DNA of 64,000 bases. It comes from a virus. Lineage: Duplodnaviria; Caudoviricetes. Every line of letters begins with the position of its first letter. Positions within the stretch are counted from its first letter, which is position 1. The notes under the pieces are model-generated. The model ran no database searches, was not told the DNA's origin, and worked only from the letters and a program-made list of their open reading frames with translations. Shown in pieces: positions 28,001-36,289 of the stretch. Where the stretch lies: positions 1 to 64,000 of the IMG/VR virus record IMGVR_UViG_3300009979_000004; one strand, written 5' to 3'. The position numbers and the translations under genes are program-made.

Positions 28001-28219
28001 ATGATGAGTATACAGGAAGTCGTAGAAATCATAGTCGAGCATCCACCAATACTGTTTCCACTATTCATATTGTTGATACAGTGGGGCAGCCGTTCGTTGT
28101 ACCGTAAGAAAGGACCAGACATTTCTGTCTTTATCATGATTCTTATAGGTGTACTTGTTCAGATGTTTCTGGCGGTAGGACTGTTGATATGGGTACTGGC
28201 ATATAGTGAAATCTGTTAA
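28001..28219 (+). CDS. Small membrane protein
   Basis: Two hydrophobic segments. Confidence 0.6.
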   Translation: MMSIQEVVEIIVEHPPILFPLFILLIQWGSRSLYRKKGPDISVFIMILIGVLVQMFLAVGLLIWVLAYSEIC

Positions 28220-28235
28220 CTAAATAAATCATGAC

Positions 28236-28730
28236 ATGAATACAACTCTTACTAAAGAGCAGGAGACTGCTTTTAGCAAAGTTCAGGATACGGAACTTGA
28301 TGATCTGCTCCAGGAGATAAGGGACAAGTTTGATAACAGGTGGTTCATACAGTCTGAAACTGTTACCAGGACTAACTGGATTGGAAAAAAGGAAAGTAGT
28401 ACACTTTACACACTGTACAATAAAATCTCTGAGACTGAGGCTATCAAGGTAAAGTTCAAGAGGAAATCTACTGTCTATACACTCGTTCCCAAACATTATA
28501 TAATGATATATCTTTACGGAATGTTGGAGGGCAATAAGAAGCGGGAAATGGAAAGAGACCATAGCTCCTATCTCATGGGAGTCTGCGAAATGAAAGCGAA
28601 GATGGAAAGGGAAAAGGAAGATCTGTTGGATTGGGTGTTTGAAGAACCTCAGTGGACTCAATGGTCTCAGGGTAAATTAGATTCCAAAGCTCTCATTGAA
28701 CAGTTTGACAAAGTAAAATACGAATTATAA
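28236..28730 (+). CDS. Hypothetical protein
   Basis: 164 aa tiled ORF. Confidence 0.7.
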   Translation: MNTTLTKEQETAFSKVQDTELDDLLQEIRDKFDNRWFIQSETVTRTNWIGKKESSTLYTLYNKISETEAIKVKFKRKSTVYTLVPKHYIMIYLYGMLEGNKKREMERDHSSYLMGVCEMKAKMEREKEDLLDWVFEEPQWTQWSQGKLDSKALIEQFDKVKYEL

Positions 28731-28912
28731 TGACTATGCAATCCGAAAGATTAGGTCAACTAATAGATGAGCTGGATAATCTGGCACATGGGTTACAGAT
28801 ACCGTTAGCTCCTAAGATTCATGTAAAGAATCTAAGTGTTATATTGCCTGAGCTGGTAAATAAATTCAAGGGATCATTTGTGGAAATCACAGGAGAGAAT
28901 CCCTGGAAATAA
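28730..28912 (+). CDS. Conserved small phage protein
   Basis: LDNLAHGLQIPL...HV..L...LPE...GENPW pattern. Confidence 0.7.
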   Translation: MTMQSERLGQLIDELDNLAHGLQIPLAPKIHVKNLSVILPELVNKFKGSFVEITGENPWK

Positions 28913-28927
28913 GGTACTTGGACAGAA

Positions 28928-29227
28928 CCTGTAAGATGGTATGCCGGGAAGAGGCAGAATGCAGGAGCTCGCCTTTGGCCAAAGGAAAACCCTGGATGTC
29001 CAGGTTAATGCACCATAACTCACGTAGATATGAAGACTTCTTACAGGAGGGCAGGCATATTGAGCCTGCGAGGCTCCTGGATCTATCTCAGGAAAGGATG
29101 TAGGATGTGAAACTACCTGACTAGCTTAACATGCCTGCTGGGCTTAGTCAGCTCCCAAGGGTGAGCAGTTGCAGTAGACCAGAAAGTGAACCACCATACT
29201 GGGATAAATAGTAAACTATTGCAGCTG
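28928..29227 (+). ncRNA. Large (~300 nt) multi-domain structured RNA candidate with a pseudoknot
   Basis: At least ten complementary segment pairs in an intergenic gap, including CCTGTAAGA/TCTTACAGG, GCAGGCAT/ATGCCTGC, CTGACTA/TAGTCAG and CAGTTGCAGTAG/CTATTGCAGCTG. Strand is inferred from G-U pairs and gene context. Confidence 0.75.
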
Positions 29228-29274
29228 AGTGCAGAGGGAACTAAAATTAGTGAGCCTAAATAAATCTTAACACT

Positions 29275-29487
29275 ATGCGATATAAAAGACCAACTCATAA
29301 AAGACTATCAGACCTCAGTGTTGTTATCAGAAAGAATACCAGGAAAGTAAAATGCCTGGAGACAGGAAAAGAGTATGGTTCTATTAAAGAAGCATCTTAC
29401 TACACAGGAGTCTCTTCAACTTTGATTTCCAGATCCTGCATACGGGGAGAAACTATAAAAGGATTTACATTTGAATATCTCAACTAA
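29275..29487 (+). CDS. Stand-alone NUMOD1/IENR1-type HTH protein
   Basis: VKCLETGKEYGSIKEASYYTGVSSTLISRSC...GFTFEY. Confidence 0.75.
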   Translation: MRYKRPTHKRLSDLSVVIRKNTRKVKCLETGKEYGSIKEASYYTGVSSTLISRSCIRGETIKGFTFEYLN

Positions 29488-29499
29488 AAACTCATTTCA

Positions 29500-29763
29500 A
29501 TGAAAATAACATCAGAAGAATTTCTGGAAAAGTATGGAAATGTAAAAGTAGCTTTTCAGAGCTATTATAAATACATATTCACTTTCACCGGTACAACACA
29601 AGAGGGATACGATATTTCTGTATCTGCAGGAGGATCAGAAGAATCCATCTATATATTTGCTGTAGAGTCTGATTCCCATTATCAAATAAGGGATCTTAGT
29701 CCTTACTGTGGAGAAGTGAAAGACAGAGAGGGTCGTACTATAGAGGATTTCTTTGACCTCTAA
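29500..29763 (+). CDS. Conserved phage hypothetical protein
   Basis: EFLEKYGNVKVAFQSYYKYIFTF family pattern. Confidence 0.75.
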   Translation: MKITSEEFLEKYGNVKVAFQSYYKYIFTFTGTTQEGYDISVSAGGSEESIYIFAVESDSHYQIRDLSPYCGEVKDREGRTIEDFFDL

Positions 29764-29775
29764 AACTCAATTATA

Positions 29776-30174
29776 ATGAAGTTCCTTACAGCAGAAGAAC
29801 TTGCTAAAGCTCCTGATATAATACAGTTTATATACATCAACTCTGCGGCAGAGCATCCTGTAGGATACTCGGTGTATGAAGAAGCAATAAATGCCTACCC
29901 AGAATATTTTCCTGAAGAGGTAGAGTATAGGAAAAAATGGGAGTCAGTCCCACGGGAAGTAAAGGATGCTTTTGAGGAAGAGTTTGATCAAAGGGATCAG
30001 GAGCTTAGAAAAAAGTATCTGAAAACTGAAAACAAAGGGCTACTATACTGGATATCAAATTCTGAACATCATAAGTTGTACCGTGAAGAATATGCCCTCT
30101 ATTATCCTGAGCGTGTAAAGCTGGAAGAGCAATTGTATAGGAAATATTATACCAGGTTTGGTATTAAAAGATAG
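29776..30174 (+). CDS. Hypothetical protein
   Basis: HPVGYS...YPEYFPEEVE...W pattern. Confidence 0.7.
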   Translation: MKFLTAEELAKAPDIIQFIYINSAAEHPVGYSVYEEAINAYPEYFPEEVEYRKKWESVPREVKDAFEEEFDQRDQELRKKYLKTENKGLLYWISNSEHHKLYREEYALYYPERVKLEEQLYRKYYTRFGIKR

Positions 30175-30235
30175 TGTACATCTTTAGTTCAAATGTATAC
30201 TAATAACAGAGTTAGTAACAATATAAAACTTGTAA

Positions 30236-30583
30236 ATGCAGACGAGAACTATTACAGAAGTATTGGTCTATAAGCTTGTTCTCAATAATATGAGATCCAA
30301 TACAGAATCCAGGACCATAGTAGCAGTGTCTACTGAACGACAAAATCTAATTGACTGGTACAACGATCAACTGGCACCAGAGCCTTACTACTCAGAAGGT
30401 AGTCCAAGCTTTGACTGTCATGGAAATTCTCATACATGGTATAAGGTATTTAAAGAGGGAAGTGAGCTGGAGTGGTATAACCCCTGTTATTCAGACTTTG
30501 AGCCAGACCATTGTGGACATGGTATTTCCTCTGTGTGGATCAATGAATCAGAATTGTATAATCATTCGTATAGAATAGTATAA
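30236..30583 (+). CDS. Hypothetical protein
   Basis: HTWYKVFKEGSELEWYNP pattern. Confidence 0.7.
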   Translation: MQTRTITEVLVYKLVLNNMRSNTESRTIVAVSTERQNLIDWYNDQLAPEPYYSEGSPSFDCHGNSHTWYKVFKEGSELEWYNPCYSDFEPDHCGHGISSVWINESELYNHSYRIV

Positions 30584-30584
30584 T

Positions 30585-30926
30585 ATGCAGAAAGAAAAAA
30601 TAGTAGAAGGAAACAAATTGATAGCAAAATTCATGTCGAACTTTGATGACTATCATAAAAGGAATCATGACAAAACAGATAGATGGTTCTTTCACATTTC
30701 TTGGAATGTGCTGATGCCGGTAGTTGAAAAAATAGCTGAGAATTATAATATTAATCTTCATTCATTCGATGGGAACTGGACCTGTTATATACTAAAAAGA
30801 AACCTCGAGGATACAGAGATATCAAGCTTTGGAAACTTTAATCCACCTATAGTGAATATTTGGTTAGCAGTGGTAAAATTCATACAGTACTATAACCAAT
30901 TGACTCCTTATGAAAAGGAAAAATGA
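30585..30926 (+). CDS. Bacteroidetes-phage family protein (NKLIAKFM...SWNVLMPVVEKI)
   Basis: Recognisable family motif. Confidence 0.75.
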   Translation: MQKEKIVEGNKLIAKFMSNFDDYHKRNHDKTDRWFFHISWNVLMPVVEKIAENYNINLHSFDGNWTCYILKRNLEDTEISSFGNFNPPIVNIWLAVVKFIQYYNQLTPYEKEK

Positions 30927-31013
30927 AGATGGAAAATCTATTTGTATTAATAGCGCTCCTTTTAGTAATTCTAATCGGAGCTTTCACTAAAGAGAAATAA
31001 ATTATGGAATCGA

Positions 31014-31385
31014 ATGATGCAGACACTAACACTTAATAACCAGCAACTACTCTTTGTAAGAGTGCCTATGGAAGCAGGAAGCGTTCTATTGGATTCAATG
31101 GGCGGCATTAGTGCTCTTATTTATCGCTCTGGCCATGTTATGAATAAATATATGGCTAGCAATTCAATTTGGTTGCCCAAAGGAGAATACGAACTCCTAG
31201 GCACAATACAAAAGTCAAATGGAGTAGTAAGCACTACTATACCTGATGAAGTACTAGCGGAATTGACGGGCAATAGCAGGTTAGGGCAGTTGACTGGAAA
31301 CTTATCAGTACTATTAATATATATGGACGATAGAGGATTGATCCTTCAAGAGGATGATAAATATGTAATACTAAAAACAGAATAA
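31014..31385 (+). CDS. Hypothetical protein
   Basis: Tiled ORF. Confidence 0.65.
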   Translation: MMQTLTLNNQQLLFVRVPMEAGSVLLDSMGGISALIYRSGHVMNKYMASNSIWLPKGEYELLGTIQKSNGVVSTTIPDEVLAELTGNSRLGQLTGNLSVLLIYMDDRGLILQEDDKYVILKTE

Positions 31386-31386
31386 A

Positions 31387-31611
31387 ATGATACTAGAACT
31401 GAACAATATTAAAGAGGTAGTGATTGAGAAGAAGCTGGAGTATAAGTACTTTATGCTATTCTTGTACAATCCTAAAGCAGAACATCTGAATGGGAAATAT
31501 TATCTAGTGGCTCAGGGTCCTGCTATTGAAGAAATTGAAGGCGTGATGAGAAACTGGGAGCTTGGGGATGGTGACGTGTTCAGGATCTTTTCTATCATGC
31601 TTCCTGCTTAA
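31387..31611 (+). CDS. Hypothetical protein
   Basis: Tiled ORF. Confidence 0.6.
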   Translation: MILELNNIKEVVIEKKLEYKYFMLFLYNPKAEHLNGKYYLVAQGPAIEEIEGVMRNWELGDGDVFRIFSIMLPA

Positions 31612-31640
31612 TGTACTGGGTTTTTCCTTCTCTGTGTGTG

Positions 31641-31792
31641 TATGTGGTGGCGGAAATTAGACGCTAAATATGGAAAGTCCTACGTGTAGTGTGGAAACTA
31701 CGTAATAGCCTTAGCAGCTATATGATGAGCGTGGCCCAGCTGAAAAGCTAACGCCTTATGACCATTACAGGTATCGAATCCTGTCCACAAAA
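31641..31792 (+). ncRNA. tRNA-like RNA 2 (~150 nt) with a multi-hairpin domain replacing the anticodon and variable arms
   Basis: Acceptor TATGTGG/CCACAAA, D-arm GCG-GAAATTAGA-CGC, T-arm ACAGG-TATCGAAT-CCTGT, plus a 12-bp flanking stem 31628-39/31793-804. Confidence 0.75.
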
Positions 31793-31831
31793 GCACACAG
31801 AGAATGAAGAAATAAAAATCAATATGCACAG

Positions 31832-31927
31832 TTGTAGTGGGGGACGGAAATTCTAAACCGGATTGCAGTAACTCAATTGAGTGGGGCTAAGTCGGAAAAG
31901 TTACAAGAACCTGCTCTCCCCCTACAA
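31832..31927 (+). ncRNA. 96-nt closed-stem structured RNA candidate
   Basis: TTGTAG-T-GGGGGA/TCTCCC-C-CTACAA terminal stem, with CGG/CCG, GCAG/CTGC and TAACT/AGTTA helices. Confidence 0.55.
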
Positions 31928-31971
31928 TTAGCAAAAGCAAAGAAAGAACGAAGGATATAAACTATCAAAAT

Positions 31972-32232
31972 ATGGAAAATAAAGTGATACACACGCTAAA
32001 GAAAATTCTTGTAGTTTCCATGCTCTCTTATCTGAGTTGTATACTGGCATTGGTTTACTATTGTGGTATAACGGGAAAGACGGCATTTCTGGAAAGCTAT
32101 TTTTCACTCCCATTGCACACACCAGGTTTTATAATTGTAACAGTGATGCTTCTGTTACCTGTTGCCATTCTGGGACTTATCTATAATTTCGCAGACTGGA
32201 TTTTCGGGAATGATAAAAACTGTAAGACATGA
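31972..32232 (+). CDS. Small membrane protein
   Basis: Two hydrophobic segments. Confidence 0.6.
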   Translation: MENKVIHTLKKILVVSMLSYLSCILALVYYCGITGKTAFLESYFSLPLHTPGFIIVTVMLLLPVAILGLIYNFADWIFGNDKNCKT

Positions 32233-32336
32233 ATATAATTAAAAAGATAAGAGAAGATTTAGGATCAAGCCCAAATAACACAAAACTCCTTATTAGCAGC
32301 AATGGCAAGTGTTCACGTTGCAACAAAATTTAAAAT

Positions 32337-32663
32337 ATGCTTACAGAAATATTACACCACGCAGATTTATTCAGAACACAAGTAGCTAATCTGAAAAACA
32401 AAGCTCCAATGTATCCTAAAGTTTATTTTGAGGATAAAGGTGGTTGTCAATGGGTAACGACAATGGTAGAGTTTAAATATAATGGTGTACGATACAAAAG
32501 GCATCATGTAGAAAGTATTGTACCTAACAAAAATGTAGGAACAAACGACTTGTATAATAAACTTATTGATGCCGCCGAAATGTGTATTAAGATGGCTGTA
32601 CCTTGTCAATTTGATGAAATTATAGGACTTGTTAATCCCGATGAATTAAAGACTATAGTGTAG
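32337..32663 (+). CDS. Hypothetical protein
   Basis: Tiled ORF. Confidence 0.65.
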   Translation: MLTEILHHADLFRTQVANLKNKAPMYPKVYFEDKGGCQWVTTMVEFKYNGVRYKRHHVESIVPNKNVGTNDLYNKLIDAAEMCIKMAVPCQFDEIIGLVNPDELKTIV

Positions 32664-32710
32664 CCGTCAAATAATCTATAACACTTTAGATAAACTATAA
32701 AGAGACTACG

Positions 32711-32926
32711 ATGCTTGACAACACAGTAATTGTTATTGATCTCAGTACTTATAAAGTAGAGCATCAGGAGCCAGTTCCCTTTAAGGCTATAGTCTTAAAT
32801 AAGTACGATAATGAATTAGAGGTAAGATCACTGGCTACAAATAAAGAGTATGAGATATACTACTCTCAAATATTGGAAGGACTGGATATTGAAGAGATCT
32901 TAAAACTGATAAACCTTAAAGGATGA
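32711..32926 (+). CDS. Hypothetical protein
   Basis: Tiled ORF. Confidence 0.65.
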   Translation: MLDNTVIVIDLSTYKVEHQEPVPFKAIVLNKYDNELEVRSLATNKEYEIYYSQILEGLDIEEILKLINLKG

Positions 32927-33138
32927 CTCACTTACCACCGGTATATGCTATATACAAGAATCCATCAGACTATCCCAATAGATTTGTACTAAGGAGATGG
33001 ATCGGTACAATGCCAGATGATGAACCATTAGCTGTAGAAGATGACCTGGATAGTTGTAGGGATAAATTACCAGAAGGACTGGTAAAAATGAAACCAGATT
33101 ATTTCGAGGATCCTGTAATTTTGGAAGTCTGGATGTAA
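32923..33138 (+). CDS. Conserved phage protein (YKNPSDYPNRFVLRRW...DPVILEVWM)
   Basis: Widespread family motif. Confidence 0.75.
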   Translation: MTHLPPVYAIYKNPSDYPNRFVLRRWIGTMPDDEPLAVEDDLDSCRDKLPEGLVKMKPDYFEDPVILEVWM

Positions 33139-33175
33139 AATAGGAATCTACATTTATAACACTAAAACATACCAC

Positions 33176-33337
33176 ATGTCAAAATTTGCAACTCTATTTG
33201 TTATATGGATCGTAGTGAACATAGGAATACTGATAGGACTGAAATTATTATCCAGCTTTAGCAACATTGATATATTGTTGTTGTCCAGCATTAACTCCTT
33301 GGCAATACTGTACATCGCTAACGAATCAAAAAGATAA
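33176..33337 (+). CDS. Small membrane protein (53 aa, MSKFATLFVIW...)
   Basis: Below the track cutoff. Hydrophobic, and fills the gap exactly before the next ATG at 33339. Confidence 0.55.
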   Translation: MSKFATLFVIWIVVNIGILIGLKLLSSFSNIDILLLSSINSLAILYIANESKR

Positions 33338-33338
33338 T

Positions 33339-33704
33339 ATGGATATGAAATACTTATTTGTACCGTATCATCTGGCAGTATTGGCTAGAGATAATGGGTT
33401 TGATGAAAAGTGCCTGGCAACTTTTGAGAGAAAAGATTACGGTCTGGAAGAGGTATCAGAAGAACCCGTTTTAGAAAATCATAACAGCGAATTGTATGAG
33501 TGTGATGCACCACTATATCAACAACTGGTACACTGGTTCAGGAAGAAGTATAATATCCATATTCATTGCTCTTATCTGTATGGATCAGCAAGTGTAGAAT
33601 ATTGGTATTTTATGTGTGATGCGAATAATAGCATGAAGCAAATCCAATGTGATACCATGATTGAAGCTCTTGAAAGAGCCTTTAAACTAATACAAAATGG
33701 ATAG
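33339..33704 (+). CDS. Bacteroidetes-phage family protein (start re-called to MDMKYL)
   Basis: FVPYHLAV...GFDEKC...APLYQQ...WFRKK..IHI motif. Confidence 0.75.
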   Translation: MDMKYLFVPYHLAVLARDNGFDEKCLATFERKDYGLEEVSEEPVLENHNSELYECDAPLYQQLVHWFRKKYNIHIHCSYLYGSASVEYWYFMCDANNSMKQIQCDTMIEALERAFKLIQNG

Positions 33705-34005
33705 CAATCAAATCTCAGAACTGGTCTATAAACTATTTGTATCAATGCTTTTCCTCGCATTCATAGTGCTAAAGTTATGCCAGGTAATCAACTGGTCCTG
33801 GTGGTGGGTTACAAGCCCGGTATGGATCAACTTTCTTCTAATTGTTCTTATCGAGATAACTGTACGATTATTCAAAAGAGAAGAAGAGCAGGAAGATGCA
33901 ATTGAAAACAATGAGCTTGAAAAAGATAAGTACAGGCTATATATTCATACAAAGAATTATAAGCAAATCAGAAAAGAAATAGAGAAGAAAAATATAAACC
34001 CATAG
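33697..34005 (+). CDS. Phage transmembrane protein (FIVLKL..VINWSWWWV.SP.W family)
   Basis: Recognisable motif. Confidence 0.8.
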   Translation: MDSNQISELVYKLFVSMLFLAFIVLKLCQVINWSWWWVTSPVWINFLLIVLIEITVRLFKREEEQEDAIENNELEKDKYRLYIHTKNYKQIRKEIEKKNINP

Positions 34006-34009
34006 TTCT

Positions 34010-34267
34010 ATGCAAAAAGGAGAAAATAAAATACCGATAGCAGAAGAGTTCGCTAAGTCTAAAGGCTTGTTAAAGTCATCAATATTAAGTATAAAAGGAG
34101 AATATTCTAATTATGATGCAATGATAGAGTTTGCAAAACTTCATGTAGAAGCTGCTTTGAAAAACGCAGGTGATAAGTATATCAATGCAGAAACTCATGA
34201 AAGTGATAACTCCGAATACTTAAAGGAAGTTATTATAAACGCTTACCCTTTAACAAACATTATATGA
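34010..34267 (+). CDS. Bacteroidetes-phage family protein
   Basis: IEFAKLHVEAAL...INAYPLTNI motif. Confidence 0.75.
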   Translation: MQKGENKIPIAEEFAKSKGLLKSSILSIKGEYSNYDAMIEFAKLHVEAALKNAGDKYINAETHESDNSEYLKEVIINAYPLTNII

Positions 34268-34548
34268 AACCAGGAGAATACATAGTAATTAAAGTAGCTG
34301 ATATAGAGGAGAAGATAAAAATGTTAGATGATGCAATAAAAAGTAAAAAGTTCAATGTTCAAAATACCTGTAATATGATAGGAGGTATAGTTGCCCTTTC
34401 TGATATACTCTCCAATCCCAAAGACCTTTATGATGTAATAGAAGATTCTTTCTATGCTGGTAGACTTGAAGAAGAAAATACTCCTATCATATCAACAGGT
34501 CTACAATATGAATTAGCTAAAGACTATCTAAAAAACCTAGAAATATGA
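34264..34548 (+). CDS. Hypothetical protein
   Basis: Tiled ORF. Confidence 0.65.
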   Translation: MKPGEYIVIKVADIEEKIKMLDDAIKSKKFNVQNTCNMIGGIVALSDILSNPKDLYDVIEDSFYAGRLEEENTPIISTGLQYELAKDYLKNLEI

Positions 34549-34742
34549 ATCAAAAATTGAGTGAAGATCTTACAGAAGCCAGAAGAAAGTTAAGCAGATC
34601 AATTGCTAACTGTGAAGACATTAATGTGAAGCTTGATTATCTGACTTATGATTTTATCCTTATGAACTTTCTTGACTTTGTGAATAAAGGAGTAGATGAT
34701 ATGAGTACTGAAATTCTACGTCTTAGGAAAAAACTACAATAA
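34545..34742 (+). CDS. Hypothetical protein
   Basis: Tiled ORF. Confidence 0.6.
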   Translation: MNQKLSEDLTEARRKLSRSIANCEDINVKLDYLTYDFILMNFLDFVNKGVDDMSTEILRLRKKLQ

Positions 34743-34750
34743 TACAAACT

Positions 34751-35044
34751 ATGAGAAAAGCAAAGAATATAACACAAGCCTGGGACCTTGAGATAAATAC
34801 TAAGGCCTCTGCTCACAATGAACCTCGTGCTATTATTAACTGGAAAGCAACTAATGTATGTATGGATGTATATTGTAAGTGTGGGACCAGATTCCATATA
34901 GATAGTGATTTCTGCTACGCAGTACAATGTCCTAAATGTGCAACCTTCTACGCATGTGGGAGCAGGATTGAACTCATAGAACTGGAAGAGAATCCTGGAA
35001 ACTTTTGTACCGATAACCATTGGGTAGACTACGATAAACTCTAA
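34751..35044 (+). CDS. Zinc-ribbon protein
   Basis: INWKATNVCMDVYCKCG...VQCPKC. Confidence 0.75.
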   Translation: MRKAKNITQAWDLEINTKASAHNEPRAIINWKATNVCMDVYCKCGTRFHIDSDFCYAVQCPKCATFYACGSRIELIELEENPGNFCTDNHWVDYDKL

Positions 35045-35054
35045 AATCATCATA

Positions 35055-35246
35055 ATGTCAACATTTCGCAAAGAACTGGAAGAAGTGATCAATAAGTACT
35101 CTAAGGAGAGTGACAGCAATACACCTGATTTCATCCTTGCAGAGTATCTGAATAATTGTCTTAATGCCTACAATTTAGCAGTACTGAAAAGACATCAGTG
35201 GCATGGACAAAAGGAATCAGATATATTTCCTAAATTGCAGGCCTAA
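35055..35246 (+). CDS. Conserved phage protein (ESDSNTPDFILAEYL family)
   Basis: Recognisable motif. Confidence 0.8.
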   Translation: MSTFRKELEEVINKYSKESDSNTPDFILAEYLNNCLNAYNLAVLKRHQWHGQKESDIFPKLQA

Positions 35247-35255
35247 ACAAAATCT

Positions 35256-35534
35256 ATGTCAGTAATCATCGAACCACTATTAGAAACAGAATGGGATTAT
35301 GCAGTCCTGCACAGACAAAGTGGACCACCACTCCTGTTAGAGAGAAAAAGTTCCAGGATAAATGTATCGCTGGGAAGTTCCATAATAGAGATATGTGTGA
35401 AAAAATGTCCACATCCCATTCAAAAAGACAAGCTAGCTTCTGTAATGCACATGATTCCCATCTCAGATGTTTCCGGAGCATCTTACTATACAGAATCAAT
35501 GATTGAAGAAGCTAAAACTCTAACAGCAGTATGA
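35256..35534 (+). CDS. Hypothetical protein
   Basis: Tiled ORF. Confidence 0.55.
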   Translation: MSVIIEPLLETEWDYAVLHRQSGPPLLLERKSSRINVSLGSSIIEICVKKCPHPIQKDKLASVMHMIPISDVSGASYYTESMIEEAKTLTAV

Positions 35535-35755
35535 TTTTGATACAATATACAGATGGGATCAGTCCCGATGATTTCAAGATAGAAGTAGATCTTACACAGG
35601 TTGGATTTTCCACAGAAGAATATTCTGGAAAGAAATTTGTGGTAATGATCAGAGATGGCAATTACCAGGTTGAAGACAGGGAAACGAACTCCATTATTTT
35701 AGGGCGGTTTCCAATTTCAGCTTCCATATTCCTCGATAAAAGAACTGATACTTAA
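35531..35755 (+). CDS. Hypothetical protein
   Basis: Tiled ORF. Confidence 0.6.
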   Translation: MILIQYTDGISPDDFKIEVDLTQVGFSTEEYSGKKFVVMIRDGNYQVEDRETNSIILGRFPISASIFLDKRTDT

Positions 35756-35767
35756 AACTATTTAAAC

Positions 35768-36289
35768 ATGGATCGCAGCGAATTGACCTATCACAGATCT
35801 CCAAGATTTGTTCTTAAGAGCAGTAACATCAAACGGTACATTGATATCCTTATAGGAGATTATAAATTTCATGGTGACGAACAAGCGGGCAGCCCTCTTC
35901 TGGTTGTACTGGATGGTTTCACAGTGGCTTCGGAAAAGCAGTCTCAGGTAAGAACTTTCCTGATGGAAGAACCAGGAATAGAATTTTTCAACTGGTATAT
36001 GAATCTGCATAAGGTCTTCGTACAGGTTATGCTGGAAGATAAATTCAGGACTTATAATCTGAGTAACTACGAGATCTACGTTTATAATAAACTCCTGATG
36101 ATAGAAGGAAGGATTTATACACTGGATCAAATCAAGGGATTCATAGATCATTATACCAAGTATGATATTGTACAGGCACCTATAGAACCTATAGAGGATA
36201 TGTCTGTATTCAAGATTGGATGTATTACTGTTTCTATACAAGATATTAGAAAATTAGTGGCGTTTGCCGAGAAAGAGGGAGACCTCTAG
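35768..36289 (+). CDS. Hypothetical protein
   Basis: 173 aa tiled ORF. Confidence 0.7.
   Translation: MDRSELTYHRSPRFVLKSSNIKRYIDILIGDYKFHGDEQAGSPLLVVLDGFTVASEKQSQVRTFLMEEPGIEFFNWYMNLHKVFVQVMLEDKFRTYNLSNYEIYVYNKLLMIEGRIYTLDQIKGFIDHYTKYDIVQAPIEPIEDMSVFKIGCITVSIQDIRKLVAFAEKEGDL

Noticed and set aside
29051-29151. Group I intron core (GACTA/TAGTC resembles P7; crossed helix resembles P3)
   Set aside because: There is no room for P8, no P4-P6 signature, and no interrupted gene on the flanks. It remains only a superficial topological similarity.
28918-29298. Track ORFs 28918..29103 (+) and 29113..29298 (-)
   Set aside because: TTG start or wrong strand, atypical composition, and overlap with a densely paired RNA structure.
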